Assembly (NCBI GenBank): GCA_964554195.1 | Contig: CAZKNK010000001.1 | Coordinates: 18,174 to 82,173, forward strand | Origin: an uncultured Staphylococcus sp. | GTDB taxonomy: Bacteria; Bacteroidota; Bacteroidia; Bacteroidales; Muribaculaceae | Reading direction: 5' to 3' | DNA length: 64,000 nt | Shown here: positions 37,457 through 46,793 of the stretch, piece after piece | Numbering within the stretch: the stretch's first letter is position 1 | How the letters are laid out: every line of letters begins with the position of its first letter | Made by a program: the position numbers and the translations under genes | The notes under the pieces: generated by a model | Database searches by the model: none | Told to the model about the DNA's origin: nothing | Seen by the model: only the letters and a program-made list of their open reading frames with translations

Positions 37457-38512
37457 TTAACGGGTTAACACCTCACTCGTATTACGACCGGAACCGTTGA
37501 GGCGGTCGGTGACCAGTTCGGCGGCTTTTTCTGCCGATGCTCCGCGATAAAGCTGACGTCCGGCGGAATCAACGGCGATAAAGAGCGGCAACCGACTGAT
37601 CGCAAGATTTCGGATGGAAGGATTAGCCGTTCCGCCCATAAGCCAACCTTGCTTCCAGTGAGCGCTGTCAGTGGCAATGCGGCTTCGCCACAAGGCACTG
37701 TCAGGATCAACCGAGATTTCAAATATCTCAAGCCTACGCTCCGGATACTCGGCCCGCAGCCGGCGCAACAGCCGGCGGAGAGTGTCGGATTTCTCACCTG
37801 TCATGATGGCGAGAATGCCGTAGGATGAGCGGTGAGGCACGAAATTCAGCAATGTGTCACGTCCGGTAAAAACTGTTATAGGTCTTATAATCTTGCTTGA
37901 AGCCAGTTCCGCCTTGTCGGCAAGCAGCATAGAGAAATTGCGTCCCATGCTCACCGCGCGGGCTTCGGGTGAGAGCAACGCAAGAAGCGAGTCACCTTCC
38001 TCGACCGACACGCTGAAGTCATACATGGTCATAAGAATCACAGCCGAGGCCATCCGGTCGGGCCGCGAGCTGACATGGCGTGCTATGAGCGAGTTGATTG
38101 AATCACGGTCAGCCGACGCAAAAATGGCAGAATTTTCGCGCACGAAGGCCGACAGTTCTTCCGTGGCCTCGTTGCCTTTACATTCAGCCTCGCCCGGAGT
38201 GTCAAGATTCATCTTTACCTTGATTTTATCGCCGTTTCGGGCTATGACCGTAAAAAGCTCCCTCCCGTCGGCTGCCACTACCCTTACAATGGCCGGCTCA
38301 ACGGATGACCCGTGAAACGTCACCTCATCATCCACACCGTGGGCCATGACGCGCTCAACGGCGCCGTTGTAATATATCATCTCCACCTGACCCGATCCGA
38401 GTCCGTCGATATGACACTCCACGGTGAAGCGGTCAGGCTCGCCGCAAGCTCCGGCCACGAAAGCCAGCGCCGCCGCAACCACATAACAAATCTGTCTGAT
38501 TATTCTGTCCAT
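37457..38512 (-). CDS. DUF4369-like lipoprotein with degenerate thioredoxin-like C-terminal domain
   Basis: Lipobox AGAC; EIFEISVD...W...HWKQ...LPLFIAVDSAG.QLYRG TlpA-like tail with no CxxC. Confidence 0.75.
   Translation of the reverse strand: MDRIIRQICYVVAAALAFVAGACGEPDRFTVECHIDGLGSGQVEMIYYNGAVERVMAHGVDDEVTFHGSSVEPAIVRVVAADGRELFTVIARNGDKIKVKMNLDTPGEAECKGNEATEELSAFVRENSAIFASADRDSINSLIARHVSSRPDRMASAVILMTMYDFSVSVEEGDSLLALLSPEARAVSMGRNFSMLLADKAELASSKIIRPITVFTGRDTLLNFVPHRSSYGILAIMTGEKSDTLRRLLRRLRAEYPERRLEIFEISVDPDSALWRSRIATDSAHWKQGWLMGGTANPSIRNLAISRLPLFIAVDSAGRQLYRGASAEKAAELVTDRLNGSGRNTSEVLTR
37542..37767. repeat. 226-bp exact direct repeat, copy 2 (inside the DUF4369-like gene)
   Basis: Identical to 34462-34687. 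Confidence 0.97.
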
Positions 38513-38519
38513 AACACCG

Positions 38520-38578
38520 CAAAGTTAGCTATTTTTCGGCAAAGATATTGGAGATTAGGCAAAGAGTTGCTACTTTTG
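38520..38578. promoter_or_regulatory. Divergent -7 promoter elements
   Basis: TAACTTTG on minus (38520-38527) and TACTTTTG on plus (38571-38578) in a 73-bp intergenic gap. Confidence 0.55.
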
Positions 38579-38585
38579 CGGCGCT

Positions 38586-39431
38586 ATGTATCGAGTTTTA
38601 CGAATCATTATCATATTGTCTGCCATTTGGGCCGCCACGAATCCGGTCAAGGGACAGATTGTGAAGCTGACCGACGAGCCGATCAATTCTGACAGCATCC
38701 GCCGTGCGTTTGACGACAGTCCCTATTTCGGCCTCTACAAGGACAATTATTTCATCTTCGGAACAGCCGTCGGACAGCGAATCACCAAGCAGAACTCCAA
38801 CATCAAGTTTCAGATCTCATTCGCCCAGAGGCTCACACGCTCGTCGCTCCCCTGGGGGACATATCTCTATCTGTTTTACACGCAGAAGTGCTTCTGGAAC
38901 GTCCTTGAAAACTCCATGCCCATGACCGACCTGAATTTCAATCCGGGCATCGGACTGACCAAGCCGCTCTTTGTCAAAAACCGGTTTTTAGGGAAACTGA
39001 ACCTGCTTCTGGAGCATGAAAGCAACGGCCGCGACGGAATTCAGTCACGCTCATGGAACAAGATTTCACTCGGTGCAAGCATCATGATTGACCCGCAGAT
39101 AATAGTCCACGGAAAATTCTGGATTCCGATCGTTGACGGAATGAACAACCGCGACATCCTCGACTACTCCGGAATCTATCAAGTGGGAACATCATTCAAT
39201 TCGCTCAACGGTCGTTTCGGAGTGTCGGTTATCCTCACAAAGCGACGGGGATGGAAGCTCAACTACAACACCATCCTTGAAATCAACTACCGCATATTCC
39301 GACGCGACAACCAGTATCTCTTTCTGCAATACTACAACGGCTACGGCGAGGGACTCCTTGCCTACAAGGAATTTCATTCGCAGCTTCGCGCCGGCATTGT
39401 CATAAAGCCGCGCCTGTTCAGCGACTATTGA
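38586..39431 (+). CDS. pldA: Outer membrane phospholipase A
   Basis: YKDNYFI, KFQIS, EHESNGR...SRSWN catalytic motif, YYNGYGEGLLAY. Confidence 0.92.
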   Translation: MYRVLRIIIILSAIWAATNPVKGQIVKLTDEPINSDSIRRAFDDSPYFGLYKDNYFIFGTAVGQRITKQNSNIKFQISFAQRLTRSSLPWGTYLYLFYTQKCFWNVLENSMPMTDLNFNPGIGLTKPLFVKNRFLGKLNLLLEHESNGRDGIQSRSWNKISLGASIMIDPQIIVHGKFWIPIVDGMNNRDILDYSGIYQVGTSFNSLNGRFGVSVILTKRRGWKLNYNTILEINYRIFRRDNQYLFLQYYNGYGEGLLAYKEFHSQLRAGIVIKPRLFSDY

Positions 39432-39442
39432 TTTGATTCCGG

Positions 39443-40180
39443 CTACTGATTGTCAGCGTGGCCCTGTAGCTCGTCAGGATGTTTGCGAAAATATTCCTCA
39501 AGCAGATTGGCGATATTGAAGTAATAACCGCCGACGTTCTTGCCTTCGGCGTTCTTGACGGTGATATACTCGTAGCATGGATCATAAAACACATGGTCAT
39601 CCACGGTCAGCCCCATCATGTTGAGCAACACATACTCATGCTGCGGCTCAATCACATACCAGGCATTTTCCTCATCGCGTCCGGTGCCGGTCGAGAGTAT
39701 TGCCATGAGCAGATAATCGAGTTTATACTGCCATATCTTGGCCAGATTCGTCTTTCCCTTCTCCTTGAGTGCGGAGATGAGCAGATTCATGCGTCGGAGG
39801 TCAAACGGATTGTCGGCCAGAGCGCGCTCTGCGTCGGCTATCACCGAGTCACACTCCTGACGGGTTAGCTGAGGCTTCTCTGTGCCGCGCACTGCAAAGC
39901 GCATCTTCGACTCCTTTGAGCGATAGGGCGTGTAGTCCTCCTGAAACATATATCCCAAATAGAGGCGGCGGTATTTGTCAATTTTCATCAGCGTGTCGTT
40001 GCGCTGAAATTCCTCCATCAGGCGGGGATAATAGTAGGGGGATGTGCGGTCAGTGATCTCGCGTTTGATCTGCTCCATGTCCGGTTTCTCGCGCTTGAGT
40101 TGCGGAAGCACTTCAGCGCTGAGCGTCGATGCGGCGAGCATGAGGATGGCCGCAAACAGCAGGCGTGTCAGTCCTTTCAT
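39443..40180 (-). CDS. DUF4919 family exported protein
   Basis: True start MKGLTRLL (signal peptide); SPYYYPRLM, YLGYMFQEDY, AILSTGTG...AWYVI...HEY. Confidence 0.8.
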   Translation of the reverse strand: MKGLTRLLFAAILMLAASTLSAEVLPQLKREKPDMEQIKREITDRTSPYYYPRLMEEFQRNDTLMKIDKYRRLYLGYMFQEDYTPYRSKESKMRFAVRGTEKPQLTRQECDSVIADAERALADNPFDLRRMNLLISALKEKGKTNLAKIWQYKLDYLLMAILSTGTGRDEENAWYVIEPQHEYVLLNMMGLTVDDHVFYDPCYEYITVKNAEGKNVGGYYFNIANLLEEYFRKHPDELQGHADNQ

Positions 40181-40665
40181 ATCACTCCCACGGTTAAGGC
40201 GGCTATCACGGTGCCGACCATACATACGGTAATAACAATCGGAAACGCTTTGGCACAGAGATAATTCATGCCCTTGCGCGACGTCAGGCCCACGGCCCGG
40301 CCCGACGGGGTGCGGCTCCAGGCCAGAGCGCCGAGAAATGCACCGGCCACGGCTCCGATTATCACACCGGCATGACCTATGCAGAGTCCGGTGAGGGTGC
40401 CGGCGAGGGCAGCGCCTGCAAGATAACCTGTGCCGAGGCGCGACTTCACCACTTGCAGTGGGAGCATGAAACCGATGGCAACCACTATCATCGTGGCGAT
40501 GAACCAGAACAGATAGGTGCCGGTTGAAAATACCGTGTAATCCGACAAGCCGGCAAGTGCGAGGCCGGCAAATGCTGCCGGAGCGGCCCACCTCGAGGCG
40601 GCAAAAGCGCCGACAATGGAGCCGGCAAGCATCAGGCAGGCGAGTATGATCAGGAATGTATTCAT
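40177..40665 (-). CDS. DUF456-like membrane protein
   Basis: Hydrophobic, Gly/Ala-rich helices; 4-bp overlaps on both sides. Confidence 0.65.
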   Translation of the reverse strand: MNTFLIILACLMLAGSIVGAFAASRWAAPAAFAGLALAGLSDYTVFSTGTYLFWFIATMIVVAIGFMLPLQVVKSRLGTGYLAGAALAGTLTGLCIGHAGVIIGAVAGAFLGALAWSRTPSGRAVGLTSRKGMNYLCAKAFPIVITVCMVGTVIAALTVGVI

Positions 40666-42761
40666 TTTTCAGGCTGTTTTTGATTATTAACGTCTGACGG
40701 AGCTGATGGTTGGGTGGCTCCGTTGGGTTTCTTCATGTCAGGATATGACACACGCGAGTGGTAGATGGTGCGCAGGCGGGTGGCAAACACATCCTTGATT
40801 TCCTTAACGTCACGGAACGAGATGGGCGAATCATTGTGAAGTCCCTCAGCTATCTGAGTGTCAATGATGCGGTTGACAAGGTTCTGGATCGACTCGGCGG
40901 AATAGTCCTTGAGCGAACGCGAGGCAGCCTCAACGGCGTCGGCCATCATGAGGATAGAGGTTTCACGGGTGGTGGGGTTCGGGCCGGGATAACTGAACGG
41001 GGCCGGGTCAACCGTGCGGTCAGGATTGGCGTTGCAGTAGGTGGTGTAGAAGTAGCGGGCGGTGCCGCGTCCGTGATGTTCGGTGATAAACTTCTTTATG
41101 ATTTCAGGGAGTTTGGCCTTGTCGGCAAGCTTGAGGCCTTCGGTGATGTGTCCGGTGACCACTCGCGCACTCTGCATCGGGTCAAGGGCATCATGAGGAT
41201 TTACGCCATGCTGATTCTCGGTATAGAAGGCCGGATTCTTGATTTTGCCGATGTCGTGATAGAGAGCGCCGGCGCGGACAAGCTGCACGTTGGCTCCGAT
41301 GCGTCGGGCAGCTTCAGCCGAGAGATTTGACACCTGCATGGAGTGCTGGAACGTTCCGGGACACTCCTCGGAGAGTTCGCGCAGCAGAGGATTGTTGATG
41401 TCACTCAACTCAACAAGCGTCACACGGGAGGTGAATCCAAACAGTCGCTCAAAAATGAAAATCATCACGTAACAGAACGAAATCAGCACCGCGTTGATGG
41501 CGAAAAGCCCGAACATGCGGGGCGACAGGCTCTGAACGGAGCCGTTGGCAGCCACTTCCATGGCCACGTAGGAGATGCTGTAGGCTATGAAGATAAAGAC
41601 GGCGGTGCGGATGAGCTGCGAGCGGCGCGAGAGGTCGTTGAGCGAGTCGATGGCCACCACTCCGGCTATGAATTCAATGAAAATAAATTCGAGGGCAAAC
41701 GATGTGATGACGGCGCAGATCAGAATCTGAATCATGTAGACATAGAGCGCCGTGCGGGCATCCATGAACACCTCGGTGATGATCGGGAGAATGGTAAACG
41801 GTACCAGATAAAGCCCGAACGCAAATGTGGCGTCCATAGCAAACGCAAAGAGCGTCAGAGCGGTCATGACGGTCATGACGAAAATCATCATCCTGTCATT
41901 CTCGAAATATTGCCGGCGGAAGAAGAAGAAATAGCAGTAGAGCGCCGCAAAAAGGATTGCGATATATAGCGTCTGGCCTGCAATGGGATAGTGGGCTTCG
42001 GTTACGGTGCCGGTGGTGCGTTCGTCGGCCATCTCCTCGTAGGTCCGCAGTACTGTGGCCAGTCGGGGGGTGACTATGTCGCCCTTGTCAATGATTCTCT
42101 CCCCTTGCTGTATCACACCGATGGGGGCGAGGGCCTTGCGGTAAGTGTCGGCAAGGAGCTGCGAGGTCATGGCGGTGTCAAGCGAGATATTAGGCACCAA
42201 CAGTTCAGGCAGGTTTATGGCAGAGACGGCGCTGTGGACGCCCGGCGAGGCTGTAGCCGAGTCAATTTTCTCGTATGCCTTGACCACGGAGAGATACTTG
42301 GCCACCGGAACAGAAATGGCCACATTGTCATGGATGAATCTTGCGGCGTGAATCTTTCCGGATGAGATGTCGGCATAGATTTCACGCGGCACCACACCGT
42401 CATCATACACGCGGCGAATCCGCGCAAGGAGCTGATTCTTCTCGAGCGGCGTGATGGTCAGCCCCTCGGTTTCGTTAAGGCGGGTGGCAACTTCACTGAC
42501 AATCATTTTTTCGGCTGCCACGTCGCGCACAAACACCGGCTCAAACGTCCGCTCGATGCTGTCCTTGACCTCACGGGCCGAAACGGAGTCGAGATGGACC
42601 GGGATGTCAAACGGGGCGGTGAGCAGGCCGTAGCTCCACGGACGGTTTTCCTCAAACGTGTAGTGATTCTGGCTCGTGCGGGGCAGGAAGTAGACTATTG
42701 CAGCCACCGCCACGGCGAAGCAGATGACGCGGAGCCATATAGAGCGTGAATTGAGTTTCAT
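40662..42761 (-). CDS. 7TM-HD (HDIG) phosphohydrolase, PgpH-like cyclic-dinucleotide phosphodiesterase
   Basis: Extracytoplasmic domain plus 7 TM; PGTFQHS, GALYHDIGK, EHHG, YPGPNP, MMADAVEAASRSL. Confidence 0.88.
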   Translation of the reverse strand: MKLNSRSIWLRVICFAVAVAAIVYFLPRTSQNHYTFEENRPWSYGLLTAPFDIPVHLDSVSAREVKDSIERTFEPVFVRDVAAEKMIVSEVATRLNETEGLTITPLEKNQLLARIRRVYDDGVVPREIYADISSGKIHAARFIHDNVAISVPVAKYLSVVKAYEKIDSATASPGVHSAVSAINLPELLVPNISLDTAMTSQLLADTYRKALAPIGVIQQGERIIDKGDIVTPRLATVLRTYEEMADERTTGTVTEAHYPIAGQTLYIAILFAALYCYFFFFRRQYFENDRMMIFVMTVMTALTLFAFAMDATFAFGLYLVPFTILPIITEVFMDARTALYVYMIQILICAVITSFALEFIFIEFIAGVVAIDSLNDLSRRSQLIRTAVFIFIAYSISYVAMEVAANGSVQSLSPRMFGLFAINAVLISFCYVMIFIFERLFGFTSRVTLVELSDINNPLLRELSEECPGTFQHSMQVSNLSAEAARRIGANVQLVRAGALYHDIGKIKNPAFYTENQHGVNPHDALDPMQSARVVTGHITEGLKLADKAKLPEIIKKFITEHHGRGTARYFYTTYCNANPDRTVDPAPFSYPGPNPTTRETSILMMADAVEAASRSLKDYSAESIQNLVNRIIDTQIAEGLHNDSPISFRDVKEIKDVFATRLRTIYHSRVSYPDMKKPNGATQPSAPSDVNNQKQPEK

Positions 42762-42788
42762 GACTTAAAAATGGACATGAGAGGGGAT

Positions 42789-45023
42789 TTAACGTGATCT
42801 GACGGCACGCTTGATGCCGTCGATTTTGAGAATTCGTTTACACAGACGGCTCACCTCGGAGGTGTCTGACACGAGGACACCCATTTCACACACAAACACC
42901 TCTCCCTGGGCCTCGATGTTGAGACGGCGTATGTTGATGTTCATTGCGGTGGAGATCATGCCGGTCAGCTCCTGAAGGATGCCGTGGCGGTCGATGCCCT
43001 CGATGCGGATGTCGGCCGGGAAGCTGCCCTGAACGTTGGCCCAGCTTGTGGCCACGATGCGGGGTCCGTAGCTTGCCTTGAGCATCTGGGCGCGGGGACA
43101 TGTGAGTTCATGCACCTCCACTTCGCCGTTTTCATTGATGAATCCCATCACCTCGTCGCCCGGAATCGGACGGCAGCAGTCAGCAAACGTGAAGTTGCTC
43201 CCCGTGTCGTTATACGTAAGCACGTAGGTTTCCTTCGTGTTGATTTTCGGTTTTTCAGGCTCTTCCTTGACCGGAGCGGGAGCTTTGCTGTCGCCCCCTT
43301 TTCCGAGACGGAATATTTTTGCGAGGAGCGCACGTGCGCCCGACGATGTTTTTTCGTTCAGATAATCGTCAATGGAGATTTCGCCGGCGCCGAGTTTATA
43401 GAACAGTTCTTCGCGCGAGGCCACCTTGTAGGTGCCGAATATCTTGGTGATGACGTTGTTATTGAGCGTGATGTTACGGGTTTTAAGGAAATCCTCAAAG
43501 ATCTGACGGCCTTTTTCGATTACGGGCTGCTGCACACGTCGCAGTTCCTTGCGCAGGCGTGTCTTGGCTTTGGCTGTGGCCAGAAAGTTCATCCACTCGG
43601 GGCGCGGGGTCTGTGACTGTGATGTCAGCACCTCCACCTGGTCGCCGCTGTTGAGCCGGTGGCTTAGCGGGACAAGCTTATGGTTCACTTTGGCGGCTAT
43701 GCAGTGTGAGCCGATTTCGCTGTGTAGGGCGAAAGCCACGTCAAGCACTGTGGCTTTGGCCGGAAGGGTGATGAGTTCTCCCTTAGGGGTGAACACCACA
43801 ATCTCGCTCGAAAAGAGGTTAAGCTTTAGGGTGTCGAGAAAATCAATGGCATTGGGCGTCGAGTCCTCGAGAATGTCCTTGATGGTGCGGAGCCACACAT
43901 TCAGCTCACTCTCCTCGTCACTCTCGCCGATTTTATATTTCCAGTGGGCGGCAAAGCCCTTTTCGGCTATTTCGTCCATGCGGCGCGAGCGGATCTGCAC
44001 TTCAATCCAGTGACCCTCGGGACCCATCAGGGTCACGTGAAGGGCCTGATAGCCGTTTGCCTTCGGATTTGTAATCCAGTCGCGGGTGCGCTCAGGGTGC
44101 GGACGGTATAGATCGGTGATTGCAGCGTAGATTTTGTAGCATGTTTCCTTCTCCTTTGCCTGATCGGGACACTCAAATATGATGCGCATGGCAAAGAGGT
44201 CATACACCTCCTCAAACGGGATGTGCTTGGTCTGCATCTTGCGCCAGATGGAGTAGACAGACTTAAGTCGGTTTTTGGCTTCGAAAGTGATGCCCATTTC
44301 GTTGAGCCGGGCCAGAATCGGGGCTGCAAATTCGGTGTAAAGGGCATCGCGGTCACGGGCCGAACTGCGGATCAGGTTTTCGATTCGCTCATATTCTTTA
44401 GGATGCTCATACTTGAAGCTGAGATCCTCAAGTTCGGTCTTGATGGCAAAGAGTCCGAGTCGGTGGGCGAGTGGAGCGTAGATATAGAGGGTTTCACCGG
44501 CAATTTTATACTGCTTGTTTGGAGCCATGGAGCCGAGTGTGCGCATGTTGTGAAGGCGGTCGGCCATCTTGATGAGAACCACCCTGATGTCCTCGCTCAT
44601 GGTGAGCAGAAGCTTGCGGAAGTTTTCGGCCTGTGCCGAAGCCTTGTCGCCGAAGATACCGCCCGAAATCTTGGTCAGGCCGGCCACGATCATGGCTATT
44701 TTCTTGCCGAAGTGCTGCTCGATGTCCTCGACGGTGTACTCGGTGTCCTCCACCACGTCATGTAGCAGAGCGGCGCAGATGGATGTGGAGCCGAGACCAA
44801 TCTCACGGCTTGCAATCTTGGCCACGGCAATGGGATGAAGGATATACGGCTCGCCGGAGCGACGGCGGATGCCTTTGTGTGCTTCTTTTGCGAAACGGAA
44901 TGCGCGCTCTATTATCTCCACCTTCTTGCGGTGGTTGCTGCGCAGATAGCCGTCGAGCAGGTCACGGAATTCATTTTCCACCAACTGCTCTTCCTGTTCG
45001 GGAGTAAGATTATACGGTTTCAT
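42789..45023 (-). CDS. relA: Bifunctional (p)ppGpp synthetase/hydrolase (long RSH)
   Basis: RRSGEPYILHP, LLHDVVED, KMADRLHNMRTL, PKANGYQALH, EVQIRS, TGS (VFTPKG) and C-terminal ACT. Confidence 0.95.
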   Translation of the reverse strand: MKPYNLTPEQEEQLVENEFRDLLDGYLRSNHRKKVEIIERAFRFAKEAHKGIRRRSGEPYILHPIAVAKIASREIGLGSTSICAALLHDVVEDTEYTVEDIEQHFGKKIAMIVAGLTKISGGIFGDKASAQAENFRKLLLTMSEDIRVVLIKMADRLHNMRTLGSMAPNKQYKIAGETLYIYAPLAHRLGLFAIKTELEDLSFKYEHPKEYERIENLIRSSARDRDALYTEFAAPILARLNEMGITFEAKNRLKSVYSIWRKMQTKHIPFEEVYDLFAMRIIFECPDQAKEKETCYKIYAAITDLYRPHPERTRDWITNPKANGYQALHVTLMGPEGHWIEVQIRSRRMDEIAEKGFAAHWKYKIGESDEESELNVWLRTIKDILEDSTPNAIDFLDTLKLNLFSSEIVVFTPKGELITLPAKATVLDVAFALHSEIGSHCIAAKVNHKLVPLSHRLNSGDQVEVLTSQSQTPRPEWMNFLATAKAKTRLRKELRRVQQPVIEKGRQIFEDFLKTRNITLNNNVITKIFGTYKVASREELFYKLGAGEISIDDYLNEKTSSGARALLAKIFRLGKGGDSKAPAPVKEEPEKPKINTKETYVLTYNDTGSNFTFADCCRPIPGDEVMGFINENGEVEVHELTCPRAQMLKASYGPRIVATSWANVQGSFPADIRIEGIDRHGILQELTGMISTAMNINIRRLNIEAQGEVFVCEMGVLVSDTSEVSRLCKRILKIDGIKRAVRSR

Positions 45024-45101
45024 GATAGCCCGGAAATAAGATAAAACATGCAGAATACAAATTTAGACAAAATTCCCGAAAAACGTATCACCCGCACCGA
45101 T

Positions 45102-45131
45102 AAAAAAAGGGGTCGCCTGACGGCAACCCCT
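45102..45131 (-). terminator. Rho-independent terminator
   Basis: ggggtcgcc/ggcaacccc stem with A7 on the plus strand (U-tract on minus). Confidence 0.75.
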
Positions 45132-45155
45132 GTGAGATAAAAAATGAATCAGCAA

Positions 45156-46163
45156 TTACTTGTTGATGAATTTTTTGCCATTCTTGATAACGAGACCTTT
45201 GTAAGAGTCGTTAACGCGCTGGCCAAGAACGTTGAACATGGGAGCGTTAGCGTCCTCAACTTCGTTAGCGATGATAGCGTCAAGACCTGCATCCTCGCCG
45301 GGCTGCTGGAGCTGGCCGGTGATAGCGAAAGACTTAGCGGGAACAACACCATCATCAGTAGTGCGCTCGGGACCGTAAACGGTTACAGCGGGCATGTTGG
45401 CGGGATCAGCAGAGGGATCAGCAGCTTCAACGAAGATGAAACCGCAAGTGTTCATCTTAGAACCGGTAGCGAATACCCAGTAGTCAACAGCGTCAGCGTA
45501 AACGGGGAAGATGATAGCGCCGGTACCGTTACCTGCTGAGGTAGCTTCGGGGTTCTGGGTAGCGATGCGGATAGGCCATGCGATTGCAGTACCGCCGAGG
45601 AGATAGTTTTCAGCTTCGGGTGACGACATATCGAAGTAGCCGAGAGCGTCAGCGGGGAGTGAATAAACAGCCTGAGTAAGATCGGGATAATCAGCGCTTG
45701 CAATCTCCATACCGAGAGTGTAGGCGAGGAGGTTCATTGAGCCTTTGAAGGTGCCTTCGTAAGCATAGAAGTTCTTGTTAGAAGAAATCTTTGAGGGGAT
45801 GATCAGATAACCGTCCTTAGCAACAGTGAGGTGATACTGGCAACCGCCATAAGTAGGACCGTTGTTAACATTTACACTTGAGGGATTAGCGTTACCGCCG
45901 ATACCGGGAACGAGAGCGACAGACTCACCGTCAACGATGAGATACTTCATTCCGTTAGCGTCAGGATTCTGCTTTGAACATTCGGTCTGTTCCTGTCCAA
46001 GATACATTTTAACGTTTGCAGACTCGCAAAGGAGTGTACCTTCAGCGACAGCAGGCTTGTTCTCAAGACCGAGGGCTTCAGCGTCAATGAAACCAACCTC
46101 AACAGCTGCGGAAGCAGAGAATGCTGCACAGAGAGCAGCGGCGAAGAGTAAATTTTTCTTCAT
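45156..46163 (-). CDS. PUL-associated secreted protein of unknown function with short T9SS-type C-terminus
   Basis: Signal peptide; C-terminal DANAPMFNVLGQRV...GLVIKNGKKFINK. Confidence 0.8.
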   Translation of the reverse strand: MKKNLLFAAALCAAFSASAAVEVGFIDAEALGLENKPAVAEGTLLCESANVKMYLGQEQTECSKQNPDANGMKYLIVDGESVALVPGIGGNANPSSVNVNNGPTYGGCQYHLTVAKDGYLIIPSKISSNKNFYAYEGTFKGSMNLLAYTLGMEIASADYPDLTQAVYSLPADALGYFDMSSPEAENYLLGGTAIAWPIRIATQNPEATSAGNGTGAIIFPVYADAVDYWVFATGSKMNTCGFIFVEAADPSADPANMPAVTVYGPERTTDDGVVPAKSFAITGQLQQPGEDAGLDAIIANEVEDANAPMFNVLGQRVNDSYKGLVIKNGKKFINK

Positions 46164-46212
46164 TTTAATTAAGGATTTAAAGTTAAATAAAAAGTTGAAA
46201 TAAAATTATTGA

Positions 46213-46243
46213 AGGTTTCCCGGCCCGTGCGACCGGGAAACCT
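46213..46243 (-). terminator. Intergenic hairpin (terminator or processing/stability stem) in the PUL
   Basis: aggtttcccgg...ccgggaaacct 11-bp perfect stem. Confidence 0.65.
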
Positions 46244-46258
46244 GAAATTTACGTGAGA

Positions 46259-46756
46259 TCAGAGAGCGGGACCGGGATTAACGGCAGGTGCTCCATTCTT
46301 GGTTCCGTTAAAGTCATAGCGATAGACATACTGCTTGCGGCCCTCGGTGATGGTGAGGTTGAATGTCATGGTAGCAGTACGCTTGTCGGTGATTTTACCG
46401 GAGAACTCATTGCCGAACTCAGACTTAGCAACGTTGAAGAAAACGTAGCGGGGATTGATGTTGGCGTTTGACTGAGCTGTCAGATCAATGGCGGCACACT
46501 CGGCAGCCACGTTGACAACATAGTACTGGTTGAGACCGTTCTCGTCGGGAACCTGAGTGATGGTAAGTGAACCGTCAGCAATCACAGGATTGTCAGGATC
46601 AGAAGCGAGAGTGCGGGTCCACGTTCCGGTGTAGACGCCTACTGCCTCAGAAGCTACATCGACGGGATCGCCGGGACCGGGCAGACCGGCTTCATCTTTA
46701 CAGGAGGTGAAGGTCAGTGCCAGTACGGCAAACAGACCGAAAAGTATCTTTTTCAT
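46259..46756 (-). CDS. PUL lipoprotein (SusE-positioned, putative surface glycan-binding protein)
   Basis: Lipobox FTSC-KDE; directly downstream of susD. Confidence 0.75.
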   Translation of the reverse strand: MKKILFGLFAVLALTFTSCKDEAGLPGPGDPVDVASEAVGVYTGTWTRTLASDPDNPVIADGSLTITQVPDENGLNQYYVVNVAAECAAIDLTAQSNANINPRYVFFNVAKSEFGNEFSGKITDKRTATMTFNLTITEGRKQYVYRYDFNGTKNGAPAVNPGPAL

Positions 46757-46793
46757 TTCTTAAGTTTCTTGGATGGTTAGATACGATAGATGA

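Noticed and set aside
34462-37767. The 226-bp repeat pair as a DGR TR/VR pair, IS ends or phage att sites
   Set aside because: The core is fully identical and the flanking differences are not adenine-specific; no RT, transposase, integrase or terminal inverted repeats are present.
40181-40591. Arg/Cys-rich N-terminal extension of the 382-aa ORF
   Set aside because: It is an alternate frame of the overlapping DUF456-like gene; the real start with a signal peptide is at 40180.
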